Position numbers and translations under genes: made by a program
Part shown: piece by piece, positions 37,910 through 47,879 of the stretch
How positions within the stretch are numbered: position 1 is the stretch's first letter
Layout: each line of letters opens with the position of its first letter
Sequence record: LR025195.1
Length of the DNA: 60,165 bases
From: Escherichia phage vB_Eco_SLUR76
Reading direction: 5' to 3' (one strand)
Notes under the pieces: generated by a model
Told to the model about the DNA's origin: nothing
What the model saw: only the letters and a program-made list of their open reading frames with translations
Database searches by the model: none

Positions 37910-40900
37910 TTACCCCATTGCAGTTCTACGAATTGTTCCTCGGGATGCAAAGTCATTGAGAACTTTATTATATCCCTGCTCAGCGCCATCACGGGCCGCT
38001 TTTTGCATGGCTTGTGTGAGTGCTGCATCGCCATTCCCTTGCACCGTGATATACTGAACAATGCTAACACCACCGGACATATTCACGCCACCTTGTTGTG
38101 AAGCTTGGCTATCCAGGAAGCGATTTAACTTGTCATTAGACGGAGCATTAAGTACACGTTCACCCTTATCCAGCAGCCATGTACCTTCACGCGGAACGTT
38201 ATCAATACCGTCGTGAGCCATACCAGCGATCGCTAAGCCACCCACAGTAGCAGCGGACGCATAACCCATAGTTTTCACTATAGCTGCCATTGTTGCACCC
38301 ATCGTAGCACCTCCTTGCTGTGTACCCCATGCAAGCGCCGCAGATGCTGCCGTTTCCGTGTTGGCAAGGATTGATGGGATTTGCATTGCTTTCTGTGCTG
38401 CAAACATAGCTTTATAAAAGAAGTTCTGCTGGCTTACAGCCTGTGACAGGCCATCCATTATAATGCTTAAGGATTCCTGAGAAAAAGATATCATTCGGTT
38501 CATAAGAACTTTATCCAGATTTTCTCTTTCCATACTTGCTTTCTTCAGGACTTGCGTCTTTGCATCTTCGTAGAGCTTATAATGCTCAAGATCATCCGCT
38601 TGTTGATCCCTGTGAAGCTTCATAATCTTTTCTTGCATCTCGTATTCAATTTGCGCGTAGTCTGTCATACCTTCATCTAACAGACCCTGAGCAAACTTAC
38701 GATTCTTCTTACGCTCGTCCAGTTTCTTTTGAGCTTCTTCTGCATCGTAAATTGCAGCAGCAAGACTAACAACTTCTGCTTTTTCCGCAGCCGTTGCGGA
38801 CGCATTTAACTTATTGAGTGCTACAGCTTGCGCTTTAGCTTTAGCGTTTTCCTTAACCCCTGTGGTTACTTCGTTAAGCTTGTTGCGTAAATCGTCAATA
38901 ACTTTGGCGTTCTGTTGATCCGCCTTAATAGCGTCTTCTGTAGCTTTGGTTCGATTTCTCTCCGCTTCTTCAAGATCATAATTCTTGCCGTAAGCTTCCG
39001 CTAGCTCTTGAGCATATTTAACAAGTTCTTTTGCGGACTCGCTTGTTGCTTCAGAGCTAACATCCTGCCCCATAGCTACTTTGCGAATTAGACTTCCGTA
39101 GGTGTCTGCATCTTTGCCCAGAGTTTGATACAGCCCACTAAGGATTGCAGCCTGGCGAGCATTACCAGCACCTTTAACCGTGTTAACGTCAATCTCACGG
39201 TTAACGTCACCTAACTGACCTTTAAAACGATCAAGCACTTTCTCGTCAATAAGCGGACCGGATTTGATATTAAGCACTGCTTTCATATCCGCTGCAAGCT
39301 GACGAGCTAACGGAATTATCTTCTCGATAGCAGGGCTTGTCATTTCTAAGACATTGTTGTAACGGCGTTGAGCTTCTTCAGCACGTTCAGCAGCAAGCTT
39401 GACGTTATCCGTAGCAATCTGTAAATTCTTCTCGGCACTAGCTGTATTACGACCGGACGCAGCGCGACGTTTTAATTGTGCTTCATAGAACTTCTGCGTT
39501 TCCGTTGCAGATTTAAGAGCAGTTTGCTCCCGCTTCATTTGCTCTTCAAGTTCGGGGAGAATTGCGCGAGCTTTAACTGCGTTAGCTGCCAACTGAGCTT
39601 CTGTCATCTGCATCAGTTTATCGCGTACAGTATCAACACTATCCGCAAACTGATTGTTTTCCGCACGACCAGCTTCCAACGATGCTTTATAGGAGTAAAT
39701 CGCACCCGCTGCCAGCATTGCTACACCAACAGGACCGCCAATTAACCCCATAGCACCGCGCAGCACGCTCATTGCTGTAGCTGCCCGGCTTGCGGCTGGT
39801 ACAGTTGCATTAAGTGCAGCATTGAGCGCTTGCCGCGCTTGTACGTCCGCCATAATTGCCGCAGAATGCGCACGGGTAGCGTTAATAAGCGCAAGACGTG
39901 CACCTGCTTCCGCTGCCGTACCTTTAGCAACCGCTAATGACCCGCGAGCAACCTGTAACGCTGCAAGCGAAGCAGCACGATCCGCAGCCGCTTTCTGTGC
40001 AGTAACGCCAATAGAGCTTTGCATCACCGCAGTAGTTGCCGCAGTCTGTGCAGCTTCCATCTGAGATGCTTTTGCAGCAGCTATAGACGCTTTAGTCTTA
40101 GCAAGCATCGCCGTAATGATACGCGCAGTAATCACTGTGGCTAAAGCTGAACCAACTGTTACAACCGTTCCTAAGTTTTCGGACAATGCGACAAACGTCT
40201 GTCCCAATGCAGCAACCGCACCTTGAGTCTTTTGGGATTCACCCATAAACTTAGTCAAGTTGTTTGTTGCAACCGTCCATTGCTGGTTGAACGTTGGCAT
40301 AGTGCGGCTAAATTCTTTATCAATTGTATCCGCAGCACCAGACAACGATTTGATAACCACATCAGCACTCAACTTGCCGCTGTAAGCCATTTCACGCAAT
40401 TGTCCAATGGTAACACCTAACGCATCGGACATGATTTGAGTTAAGCGGGGTGCTTGTTCTGCAACAGAGCGGAATTCATCCCCTCGCAGAACACCGGATG
40501 CCATCGCTTGCGAAAACTGAATAAGGGCAGCGCTTGCTTCATGTGACGTTGCACCGGAAACAATCATCGCTTTGTTAATTGTTTCAGTGATACGTCCAAG
40601 CTCCATACCCGTCATACCAGTATTCTTCATTGCATGCTGAAGACGGGAATATAGAGTTGCAGTTGCTTCCAAGCTTGTACGTGACCGCTGGGCAATATCA
40701 AACACGCGTTGCTGGGCATCCGCAACGGTTTCATTACCCGTACGAGCCAGTTCAAGCTTGTTGGTGAGGATAGTCCAGGAGTCCGATAGCGAAATAACAC
40801 GGTTAATGGTGTCGACGCTAACCAATCCTACAATTGCAGCATCTAAACGACTTGTGACAGTTGCAAGTTCGTTAGATGTGTTAGACAATGTCTTATAGCT

Positions 40901-41026
40901 GGATGTGACACGTTGAGCGGAACGCTCCGCTGTGTCACCTGTACGCGCAAGGTTACGCAGCATGGAGTCCGCTGTGCTAATCCCTTTCGCGTCAACCCTG
41001 ATTACTAGCGAAGCAGTTTCGGCCAT
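37910..41026 (-). CDS. Tail tape measure protein
   Basis: 1038 aa, Ala/Gln-rich helical protein immediately downstream of the G/GT chaperone pair. Confidence 0.85.
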   Translation of the reverse strand: MAETASLVIRVDAKGISTADSMLRNLARTGDTAERSAQRVTSSYKTLSNTSNELATVTSRLDAAIVGLVSVDTINRVISLSDSWTILTNKLELARTGNETVADAQQRVFDIAQRSRTSLEATATLYSRLQHAMKNTGMTGMELGRITETINKAMIVSGATSHEASAALIQFSQAMASGVLRGDEFRSVAEQAPRLTQIMSDALGVTIGQLREMAYSGKLSADVVIKSLSGAADTIDKEFSRTMPTFNQQWTVATNNLTKFMGESQKTQGAVAALGQTFVALSENLGTVVTVGSALATVITARIITAMLAKTKASIAAAKASQMEAAQTAATTAVMQSSIGVTAQKAAADRAASLAALQVARGSLAVAKGTAAEAGARLALINATRAHSAAIMADVQARQALNAALNATVPAASRAATAMSVLRGAMGLIGGPVGVAMLAAGAIYSYKASLEAGRAENNQFADSVDTVRDKLMQMTEAQLAANAVKARAILPELEEQMKREQTALKSATETQKFYEAQLKRRAASGRNTASAEKNLQIATDNVKLAAERAEEAQRRYNNVLEMTSPAIEKIIPLARQLAADMKAVLNIKSGPLIDEKVLDRFKGQLGDVNREIDVNTVKGAGNARQAAILSGLYQTLGKDADTYGSLIRKVAMGQDVSSEATSESAKELVKYAQELAEAYGKNYDLEEAERNRTKATEDAIKADQQNAKVIDDLRNKLNEVTTGVKENAKAKAQAVALNKLNASATAAEKAEVVSLAAAIYDAEEAQKKLDERKKNRKFAQGLLDEGMTDYAQIEYEMQEKIMKLHRDQQADDLEHYKLYEDAKTQVLKKASMERENLDKVLMNRMISFSQESLSIIMDGLSQAVSQQNFFYKAMFAAQKAMQIPSILANTETAASAALAWGTQQGGATMGATMAAIVKTMGYASAATVGGLAIAGMAHDGIDNVPREGTWLLDKGERVLNAPSNDKLNRFLDSQASQQGGVNMSGGVSIVQYITVQGNGDAALTQAMQKAARDGAEQGYNKVLNDFASRGTIRRTAMG

Positions 41027-41433
41027 TACCTTCTCCTTTTCCTTCTACCTTTATTCAGATTCTGCATTTGACTTTCCATGAGTTTAGCATTTTGTTCAGC
41101 TTCAGACACGCGCTTTTCAAGCCATAGCTGTCGCAGTATTTCGCATTCGTACGGTTGAAGATGTAAGCCCATTGTTACCTGATAGCTGTGCAATTCTGTA
41201 TAACTAAAATCCCCTCCAGTGTAAATGTCATCAAATAAAGTAGACAGGTATTCAAAGCAGATCGGTATTTCCTTTTCCCGATATTCTTTAAGCTTAGGTG
41301 GCGTCTTACCAGACTGTTCCTCAACCTTTTGCAGTTGCGATAATAAAGAAGATCCCCCGCCGGGGACTTTGCTATTTAGTTCCCATTGGAGGATCTTCTT
41401 ATCAATTAACTGTCTGCGCGCTTTTAGAAAAAA
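41026..41433 (-). CDS. Frameshift extension of the tail assembly chaperone (GT-like product = 41831..41427 joined by a -1 slip to ..41026)
   Basis: Slippery heptamer T_TTT_TTC (minus strand; + strand 41427..41433) two codons before the G stop; the -1 frame stays open for 133 codons and stops on TAA overlapping the tape measure ATG. Confidence 0.6.
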   Translation of the reverse strand, partial: FFLKARRQLIDKKILQWELNSKVPGGGSSLLSQLQKVEEQSGKTPPKLKEYREKEIPICFEYLSTLFDDIYTGGDFSYTELHSYQVTMGLHLQPYECEILRQLWLEKRVSEAEQNAKLMESQMQNLNKGRRKRRR

Positions 41434-41831
41434 TTACTATCTTTGGCGGCAAATACGTTAAGATCTTCTCGAACAGTTGGGTTCTCCGTTAAGAACTCAA
41501 ACACGTTGTCAACAGTCGGTGGCTCGTCAAAAGTCCAACCTGCTACAAGGTTACACAGTGAACGGGTAAGGATATCTTCCTTCATAGCATCCGTTACTTC
41601 ACCGTCTTTACCCTGCATAAGAGCCAACAGTTGACGCTGTGCTTTCAGTTCAGCATCACGGTACTCTGTGCAGTAGCGGCTACGAATGTAGAGTTTTTCG
41701 CCAGTGTCGCCTACACCAGGAATAACCACATTCATTGGCTTAGTGTTTGCCGGGTCGTTAGCCCGGCTCACAGTTTTAAAATCACGGAAGCTTTTAGCTA
41801 CTACAACTTTGGCTTTTTTGGTGTCGGTCAT
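41424..41831 (-). CDS. Tail assembly chaperone (lambda G-like)
   Basis: 135-aa ORF directly upstream of the tape measure gene with a slippery site at its 3' end. Confidence 0.7.
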   Translation of the reverse strand: MTDTKKAKVVVAKSFRDFKTVSRANDPANTKPMNVVIPGVGDTGEKLYIRSRYCTEYRDAELKAQRQLLALMQGKDGEVTDAMKEDILTRSLCNLVAGWTFDEPPTVDNVFEFLTENPTVREDLNVFAAKDSNFF

Positions 41832-41840
41832 TTCTTATCC

Positions 41841-42764
41841 TTAGGCTCCCGCTACAACGCGGGTAATTTTGATGGAACTTGCGGTTGTTGGGTCCAGCAA
41901 TCCGCGGTAGCCCATATTAAGCATGATATCCCCTTCGCCGTCAATAGGACGTGGAGCTTCAGTGAACTTCACGCGAGGGATTTCCACAGTGTATTTTTGT
42001 TCCGGATTGCTTGGGTCAATCAGATCAAACTTGATTGAAGTTTCCACTTCATCCAGATACTTCATACGCAGCTTGTTATCCAGGAAGTACACGTTAGCTG
42101 TACCAGTTACCGCACGACGACCAGCGGACGGTTCAATGGAGAACTTAGAACCAACAACAAAGCGTGGCGCAATATCGTTTTCAACGGTAAGACCGATTTC
42201 CGTAATAACGCTGATTTCTTCGTTGTTTTCCAGCAAGCGACCGGAGAAACCATCCATCGGTGACGTAGTTGTACGGTCTTTGATAGTTGCACCAGATGGA
42301 AGCGATTCCGCAATTTCCATCGAGCGCCCAACAATACCGAATTCCACTGTGGTCATGTTTTCCGCAGACAATGAGAAAGTCATGCTATTAACTTCGCAAC
42401 CGCGATAAATTGTATATTTACCTGACGGTAGATCTGCGTTATAGTCTACGAAAGTAAATGACTGACGGATAATACCGCCTTTAAGGACGTTGTCTTGCCA
42501 CTCCCCACGAAGTGCAGCAGCAATAAGATCATCGAAGGTGCCGAAGGACATTTCGCCCGTTACTGTACCTTCAACACTGCGAGCACCGAGGCGGAAGTCC
42601 GCAGTTTCAGCGTCATCGCGCAGTTCTTCAGATTCCAGCGTTGCAATATTAATGTCCAGACCGGAGCTGGTCACACGGAACGGAGTAAACTTCGCACTCG
42701 CTGGCGTAGTGTTGCTTACATCTTCTTTGACGTAGTAACACGAATAACGTGAACCTGTAGCCAT
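41841..42764 (-). CDS. Major tail (tube) protein
   Basis: 307 aa, immediately upstream of the chaperone-tape measure genes. Confidence 0.65.
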   Translation of the reverse strand: MATGSRYSCYYVKEDVSNTTPASAKFTPFRVTSSGLDINIATLESEELRDDAETADFRLGARSVEGTVTGEMSFGTFDDLIAAALRGEWQDNVLKGGIIRQSFTFVDYNADLPSGKYTIYRGCEVNSMTFSLSAENMTTVEFGIVGRSMEIAESLPSGATIKDRTTTSPMDGFSGRLLENNEEISVITEIGLTVENDIAPRFVVGSKFSIEPSAGRRAVTGTANVYFLDNKLRMKYLDEVETSIKFDLIDPSNPEQKYTVEIPRVKFTEAPRPIDGEGDIMLNMGYRGLLDPTTASSIKITRVVAGA

Positions 42765-42778
42765 ATTTAGATCCTCTC

Positions 42779-43228
42779 TTACCTCGGCTCACGAGCCGAC
42801 CAATAGATTGTGATAAAGTTAACGTCCCAGTTATCTTCAACCCCGCCTTTGGTAAAATCGTTCAGCGAAGTTTGTCCACCTTGCGAAAAGTCTAAACTGA
42901 CAATCCGTAACGTGTGGTCATCCGGGCACGGGATACGCAAGCCCAGTTTAAACTTTTTCCGAATAGAATCCAAGATTTGATTCTGCTTAGACGTTCCAGT
43001 GTTTAAAGGGCTATATACTGTGATTTGGTAGAAGCCTGGAATTTCATTCAGACCGTTATCACCTAGCGTTGCAGCGTAAGTGGAAGCGGGAGCATTGATT
43101 GCCTTTAACCACATCTGGTTGGCTTTAGGTGTCAACTTCTTATTCTTCCACGCTATACCAATCTCCGGTCCAACTGCTTCGCGTAGCATCTTATTAAATG
43201 CATCATTAATGAAATCGTATTCAAGCAT
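42779..43228 (-). CDS. Tail terminator / tail completion protein
   Basis: Position between the neck genes and the major tail gene. Confidence 0.45.
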   Translation of the reverse strand: MLEYDFINDAFNKMLREAVGPEIGIAWKNKKLTPKANQMWLKAINAPASTYAATLGDNGLNEIPGFYQITVYSPLNTGTSKQNQILDSIRKKFKLGLRIPCPDDHTLRIVSLDFSQGGQTSLNDFTKGGVEDNWDVNFITIYWSAREPR

Positions 43229-43635
43229 TATAGTTTTCCTTCTGCTATAGCTTGACGTATCAACATTGGAAGCTTCGCTACGTTAATACGAACCATACCG
43301 TTCGGGGCTTGCTGCGACCAACCTAAGAACTCCAGTTTGCCAGCATATGGTGTCAGGTTGCTAAAATAGAAAGTCCAGTCTTTATCATTAGGTAGTTGGC
43401 GTGCGACAACTCGGGCTTCAGCTTTAGCCATCTCTCCAGTAGGATCGAGGCGGATAGTTTCCGTTGCATACGGCGCACCAATGGATGACCGCCAACCACC
43501 TTTTGTGCGTCCGGTCTTAACAGGAGTATCCTGTATCACGTTCTCTGTGAACTTGACAACGACTTTTTTGGCCTGCTCGCTTGTCTGAACAAGTACCTTC
43601 TGACTTGCACGTCGAATATCCGCCCCGAATCCCAT
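43228..43635 (-). CDS. Neck protein (HK97 gp10-like)
   Basis: Size and position; GRTKGGWRSS resembles the gp10-family motif. Confidence 0.45.
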   Translation of the reverse strand: MGFGADIRRASQKVLVQTSEQAKKVVVKFTENVIQDTPVKTGRTKGGWRSSIGAPYATETIRLDPTGEMAKAEARVVARQLPNDKDWTFYFSNLTPYAGKLEFLGWSQQAPNGMVRINVAKLPMLIRQAIAEGKL

Positions 43636-44015
43636 TATCGCGTCACCTTAAAAGTGTAAAGAACAGAAACGTTAGCTGGTCGTGTATCAACAAACTCATT
43701 TATTGTCCACACTTCCAGCTCCCCATCCGGTGACACACGCTCAATGCGTGCAGTCATTGCTTTATCGCGAGTCAATGGAGGTGTCATTGGGTAAGTCAAC
43801 ACTTTCAGTTCACCAGCAGAAACAAGACTGCCGCCAATCATCTTTTCCTTCGGTGAAAGGAAAGCTCCAATGAATGGGTATCGTTTTTCAACGCTCGGAT
43901 CGTCCCATTCATCTTGACCTTCCCCTTGCTCCATAACAACAAGGGTACAGTTAACACCAGCATCGTTGATCATTTGCTTTGCAGCTTCAACTAGCTGCTC
44001 GTAAGGAAAGCTCAT
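43635..44015 (-). CDS. Head-tail adaptor / head closure protein
   Basis: Size and position in the neck module. Confidence 0.45.
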   Translation of the reverse strand: MSFPYEQLVEAAKQMINDAGVNCTLVVMEQGEGQDEWDDPSVEKRYPFIGAFLSPKEKMIGGSLVSAGELKVLTYPMTPPLTRDKAMTARIERVSPDGELEVWTINEFVDTRPANVSVLYTFKVTR

Positions 44016-44018
44016 AAA

Positions 44019-44525
44019 TCACCGTATCAATCTATTACCCATTTGATAACCCAGCAAAGGTGATAAAAACGTCATAGCTTTATCATATGTTTTTGCTGGA
44101 CCTGACTGTGCTGTGCTACCAGTTGCGTATTCAATCTCAAGACCTTCTACTTTAGTTCTTTTGACTGCATATGCAGTAGTTTTCCCATTAAGAGGACCGC
44201 CAGTAGCTGAGTCCGCTGTAAGCTGGCAAACAGCGTTTATAAGCGCCTTTGGTAAGGGGCTTTGGGGTAGCTCGAACCCATCCACAAACACCCCGTAGCG
44301 TGGCCAATTTAGCGGTTGCTGTGGGTCAATTTTATAACCTTTAAAGCGTTGGCTGTACCCTTCCACAAAATCCATAGCGTCAAAGATCTTTGTCTTTAGA
44401 TCTTCGTCTTCACTTGGAAGTACAATACCTCGCATTGCTGCATACATGCGGACTTGTTCAATGGTGACATAACTGTTGGCGTCCGGTACACCAGTACCAT
44501 CTTCAACTATCAGTGGAATCTCCAT
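44019..44525 (-). CDS. Head-tail connector protein (gp6-like)
   Basis: Size and position in the neck module. Confidence 0.45.
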   Translation of the reverse strand: MEIPLIVEDGTGVPDANSYVTIEQVRMYAAMRGIVLPSEDEDLKTKIFDAMDFVEGYSQRFKGYKIDPQQPLNWPRYGVFVDGFELPQSPLPKALINAVCQLTADSATGGPLNGKTTAYAVKRTKVEGLEIEYATGSTAQSGPAKTYDKAMTFLSPLLGYQMGNRLIR

Positions 44526-44663
44526 CTTTCTTCCTCATTGCGATGGTTGTAGGGATAAGCGGCGGGAGCTCTTCTTCAGGAACAGAAACGGCGTCTTCTT
44601 GACGCCGTTTTCTATTACGTCGGAGGAGCCACAACACATATTGTCTATGGCTCATTTCCATGG

Positions 44664-45317
44664 TTAACCTCGACGCATCATATTACGTGCAACCATACGG
44701 GCGACCGGATCGTCAATAGGGTTCTGGAAGCGATGGTCAGAAAGCATGTCTTCCGGTTTACGTTTTTTCTGCGCTTCAAGATACATCTGAGTTGCAGTAA
44801 GACCGGACTTAGGACGACGACGCTCCTGCTCAACGATAATCTTATCCAGATCCGCTTGAACGTCTGCGATAGCGAGCTCCAACGCGTGCTTAGTGTGGGC
44901 AATCTCTTTAACCACATTGCTAAGCTTTTCGCGCTTCGCTTTGAGTTCTTCATCGGTTAAGCTGGAAGCGTCACCGATTTTTTCCGGCTCCAGAATAGCA
45001 CGCAGTGCTTCGCTAATCTTAACTTCGATTTGCATCGTTGCAACCGCGACTTTCTTTTGTTCTTCATGAGCTTTCTCCTGTTTAACTGCTTCATGTAAAA
45101 CTGGATCAGCAGATTTAACGGGTTCCACAGGCTCAGGCTCTTCCAGCACGCGGTTGTCGCGGGTGAATAGAGGGGCAGCAGTTGTAATATCGTCGCGGGT
45201 TAAAGACGGGTTAGCGGTAGCGAAACGCAAAGCATCCACTTTAGGTAGACCGTCGCTAGTCCAATGATTCGGGTTATCCGGATCAAGTTCTAACAATGCT
45301 TCAATTAATGTCTTCAT
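44664..45317 (-). CDS. Hypothetical structural-module protein (acidic, coiled-coil)
   Basis: ORF in the head module. Confidence 0.5.
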   Translation of the reverse strand: MKTLIEALLELDPDNPNHWTSDGLPKVDALRFATANPSLTRDDITTAAPLFTRDNRVLEEPEPVEPVKSADPVLHEAVKQEKAHEEQKKVAVATMQIEVKISEALRAILEPEKIGDASSLTDEELKAKREKLSNVVKEIAHTKHALELAIADVQADLDKIIVEQERRRPKSGLTATQMYLEAQKKRKPEDMLSDHRFQNPIDDPVARMVARNMMRRG

Positions 45318-45333
45318 TGTTTAATCCTTATTT

Positions 45334-45657
45334 TTAGGTCACATTAATAACACATGTACCAGTAACACTATCCTTTGCCTTGGACGTTACTGTCAAGTTT
45401 GAAGTACCACTGCTTGCGGTTGTGGTTACGGTAATTGTACCGTCCCCGTTGTCTTTAATTGTAGCAGAGGAACCGTCAACTGACGCGCTATACGCTTTGT
45501 TTGTAGTTCCGCCTGGGACAAAGTTTATTTTAACAGTAACCGTTTTTACTTCTGAAGTTGTGGTGTCAATCGTAGCAGGATCGAGAGTAATCGAAATTGG
45601 CTCCACCTGCAACGATTTTTCCATCAAGTCATGTCGCTCATAACGTTGATAACGCAT
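45334..45657 (-). CDS. Ig-like domain protein (head decoration candidate)
   Basis: Thr/Ser-rich beta-strand sequence TITVTTTASSGTSNLTVTSKA typical of Big2 folds. Confidence 0.5.
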   Translation of the reverse strand: MRYQRYERHDLMEKSLQVEPISITLDPATIDTTTSEVKTVTVKINFVPGGTTNKAYSASVDGSSATIKDNGDGTITVTTTASSGTSNLTVTSKAKDSVTGTCVINVT

Positions 45658-45660
45658 GGT

Positions 45661-45692
45661 TGTTCTCCTAAAAAAGAGGGGACATAAGATGT
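45661..45692 (-). terminator. Terminator or attenuator downstream of the major capsid gene
   Basis: Hairpin ggggacat...atgtcccc followed on the minus strand by ctctttttt. Confidence 0.55.
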
Positions 45693-45727
45693 CCCCAAAA
45701 TACTACAGCGCGGCGTTGAGTGAAGCC

Positions 45728-46789
45728 TTAGGAACCCTGATACTCACGAGTGATCAGGCGTGCAACTTTAAGCTGCTTGCGCTCAGGGAACGCACGACGC
45801 CAGGAATCTTCATGGGCCAGGTTGTTAGTGGTAGCAGCGTTAGACGGACCACCTTTGGCAGTTTGAGAAGCTGCCCAAGCATGACCAACTGGATGCAGAA
45901 TCCATTCAACACGGTTGTGAAGAACTTCTTCACCAGCGCCTTGGTTAGCGGCTTCGTCACGAACCACGGCGGTCGGAACTTTCGGTGAACCAGCACCCAT
46001 TGCAGTAGCGCCCGGGCCGAACAGCCAGCTTTCAAAGATACCAGTAGACGGATCGTGCGGCATGGAGTCGTCTTCAATAATACGCAGACCCTGATAATAC
46101 TCAAACTGAGTTTCACCGCGAGCATCCGGAATGAAGTCGATCAGGTTCAACTGACGCATACGGTTACGAACGGTAGAGTGTACCATAATCATGGTCAGAC
46201 CGCGAGCAGCATCACCCATCGTTGCAGTTGCGTTGATGAAGTTAGACGCGGTAAAGTTGGTCTGGTTATTCGTAAAGGACTCGCCGGAAATGTCGAAAGT
46301 CAAATCGTCGTTATGAGATTTCTTCGCATTAGCAAATACACCTTTCCAGGTTGCGATGTATGCAGCTTGCAGACGGCGAACCCACCACGCAGACACGCGG
46401 TTACCGATAGCGGTCATTGGGTCGTTACCGATCAAAGCTGATACCAGATCCGCAGAACCCCAGGATTTTGAACGACTCATACGAACCTGAACTTCAGATC
46501 CGGTAGTGATGTTAGACGGTTTGGATGGATTGCCTTTATCAACTGCGATATCTTCGTCTTCATCTTTCAGGTCGTTATAGAACGGCTCGTTAAAAGTCAG
46601 ACCTGCACCAGCAAGGTTAGCAGATAAACGCTCGTCCATTACAACCGCACCGGATTGAATCAGAGCAGAAAGTTCAGCGGTCTGCGTCTGCACATAACCA
46701 GTGAAGATCTCAGGGACAATGACATCCGTCAAACGAGTTAGGTCAGTTTCACCACGACCAAATGGCAGAATAATTTTAGATTTAGACAT
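45728..46789 (-). CDS. Major capsid protein (HK97 fold)
   Basis: 353 aa; RBS ggaga; position after the scaffold gene. Confidence 0.8.
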   Translation of the reverse strand: MSKSKIILPFGRGETDLTRLTDVIVPEIFTGYVQTQTAELSALIQSGAVVMDERLSANLAGAGLTFNEPFYNDLKDEDEDIAVDKGNPSKPSNITTGSEVQVRMSRSKSWGSADLVSALIGNDPMTAIGNRVSAWWVRRLQAAYIATWKGVFANAKKSHNDDLTFDISGESFTNNQTNFTASNFINATATMGDAARGLTMIMVHSTVRNRMRQLNLIDFIPDARGETQFEYYQGLRIIEDDSMPHDPSTGIFESWLFGPGATAMGAGSPKVPTAVVRDEAANQGAGEEVLHNRVEWILHPVGHAWAASQTAKGGPSNAATTNNLAHEDSWRRAFPERKQLKVARLITREYQGS

Positions 46790-46911
46790 ACTTGTCTCCA
46801 GGAAAAGGATTGATTTGTTTACTGTTGGTAGCCTTTCCCCGTGGAAGGCTGTTTAGGAACCCGTGTCCCTGATGTGTTGAAACTTAACATCAGGGACGTC
46901 GGGATGTCAAC

Positions 46912-47784
46912 TTATTTCTTAGCAGGACGTACAGGCTTCAGCGGATCTACGCCATTCTTTTCAGCTAAGCGTTTAGCTAAAGATTGATTAGTTTTCCAGA
47001 GATTCATCTGCTTAGAGATGTTCCAACCGTCGTGACTGTATGGGTCTTCACCGTGATGACCGCCAGCGCCCGGACCAGATGCACCGCCGCCAGCAGAACC
47101 TTCAACCCAGTGAGGACGTTTCGGGAGGATCTCGTTAAGCCAATCCGCCGGGGTTAGGTATGGAGTTACACCCGCCCCATCTTTCGTAACCACATTGCCG
47201 TTCTCGTCGACGGTCATTTGCAACTGTGCATAAGTCACCGCATCTTCGATAGCAGACGGACGCAGCTTAGCACCGGATGCAGCGGCAATAACTGCGTCTT
47301 TAATTTTCGCTTTAGTTTCGCGAGTGCGGTAGCCTTCAATTTCCTGCTTAACGGAATCGCGTTCAGCTGCTACAGTTTGCAATTGACGCTCAAGCGGAGC
47401 AAGACGGGCTTTAACCATCTTTTCGATGTCTTCCGGAGTACCTTTACCGTTAGCGGCAGCTTCCAGTTGAGGGATACGATCAAGGTCCGCAAGGACTTCT
47501 TCAACCGGACGCCCAAGTGCGCTAATCTGTTGCTTCACCTGACGATGGTCGTTACGTTCTTTTGCCAATGCACTTTCCAGACGACGAACGCTATCAGCAG
47601 GGGCTACACCTTTAACTTTTGCAAGAACGTATTTACCGCCCTGCTCTGCGTAAAGAGTTGCAAACTCTGCCGGGATCTCTTCCGCAGATGCATATTCGTA
47701 TTCCAGTTCCACATCACCTTCACCGCGAGCGCGTGGATTAATTAAAGCCATACCAACACTAATAGCTACAGAACTCTTTTTCAT
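46912..47784 (-). CDS. Head scaffolding protein
   Basis: Charged helical 290-aa protein between portal and capsid genes; RBS ggaga. Confidence 0.55.
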   Translation of the reverse strand: MKKSSVAISVGMALINPRARGEGDVELEYEYASAEEIPAEFATLYAEQGGKYVLAKVKGVAPADSVRRLESALAKERNDHRQVKQQISALGRPVEEVLADLDRIPQLEAAANGKGTPEDIEKMVKARLAPLERQLQTVAAERDSVKQEIEGYRTRETKAKIKDAVIAAASGAKLRPSAIEDAVTYAQLQMTVDENGNVVTKDGAGVTPYLTPADWLNEILPKRPHWVEGSAGGGASGPGAGGHHGEDPYSHDGWNISKQMNLWKTNQSLAKRLAEKNGVDPLKPVRPAKK

Positions 47785-47879
47785 TTCTTATCTCCGTTGT
47801 CACCCGTGTGACGTTTCTGGAGCTGAGCCGTCCCAGCCCCGTGTTCGTTAATATAAACCAATCAACTTGGAAGTTGCAA

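Noticed and set aside
39476-40064. + strand ORFs of 80 to 89 aa
   Set aside because: They lie inside and antisense to the tape measure gene.
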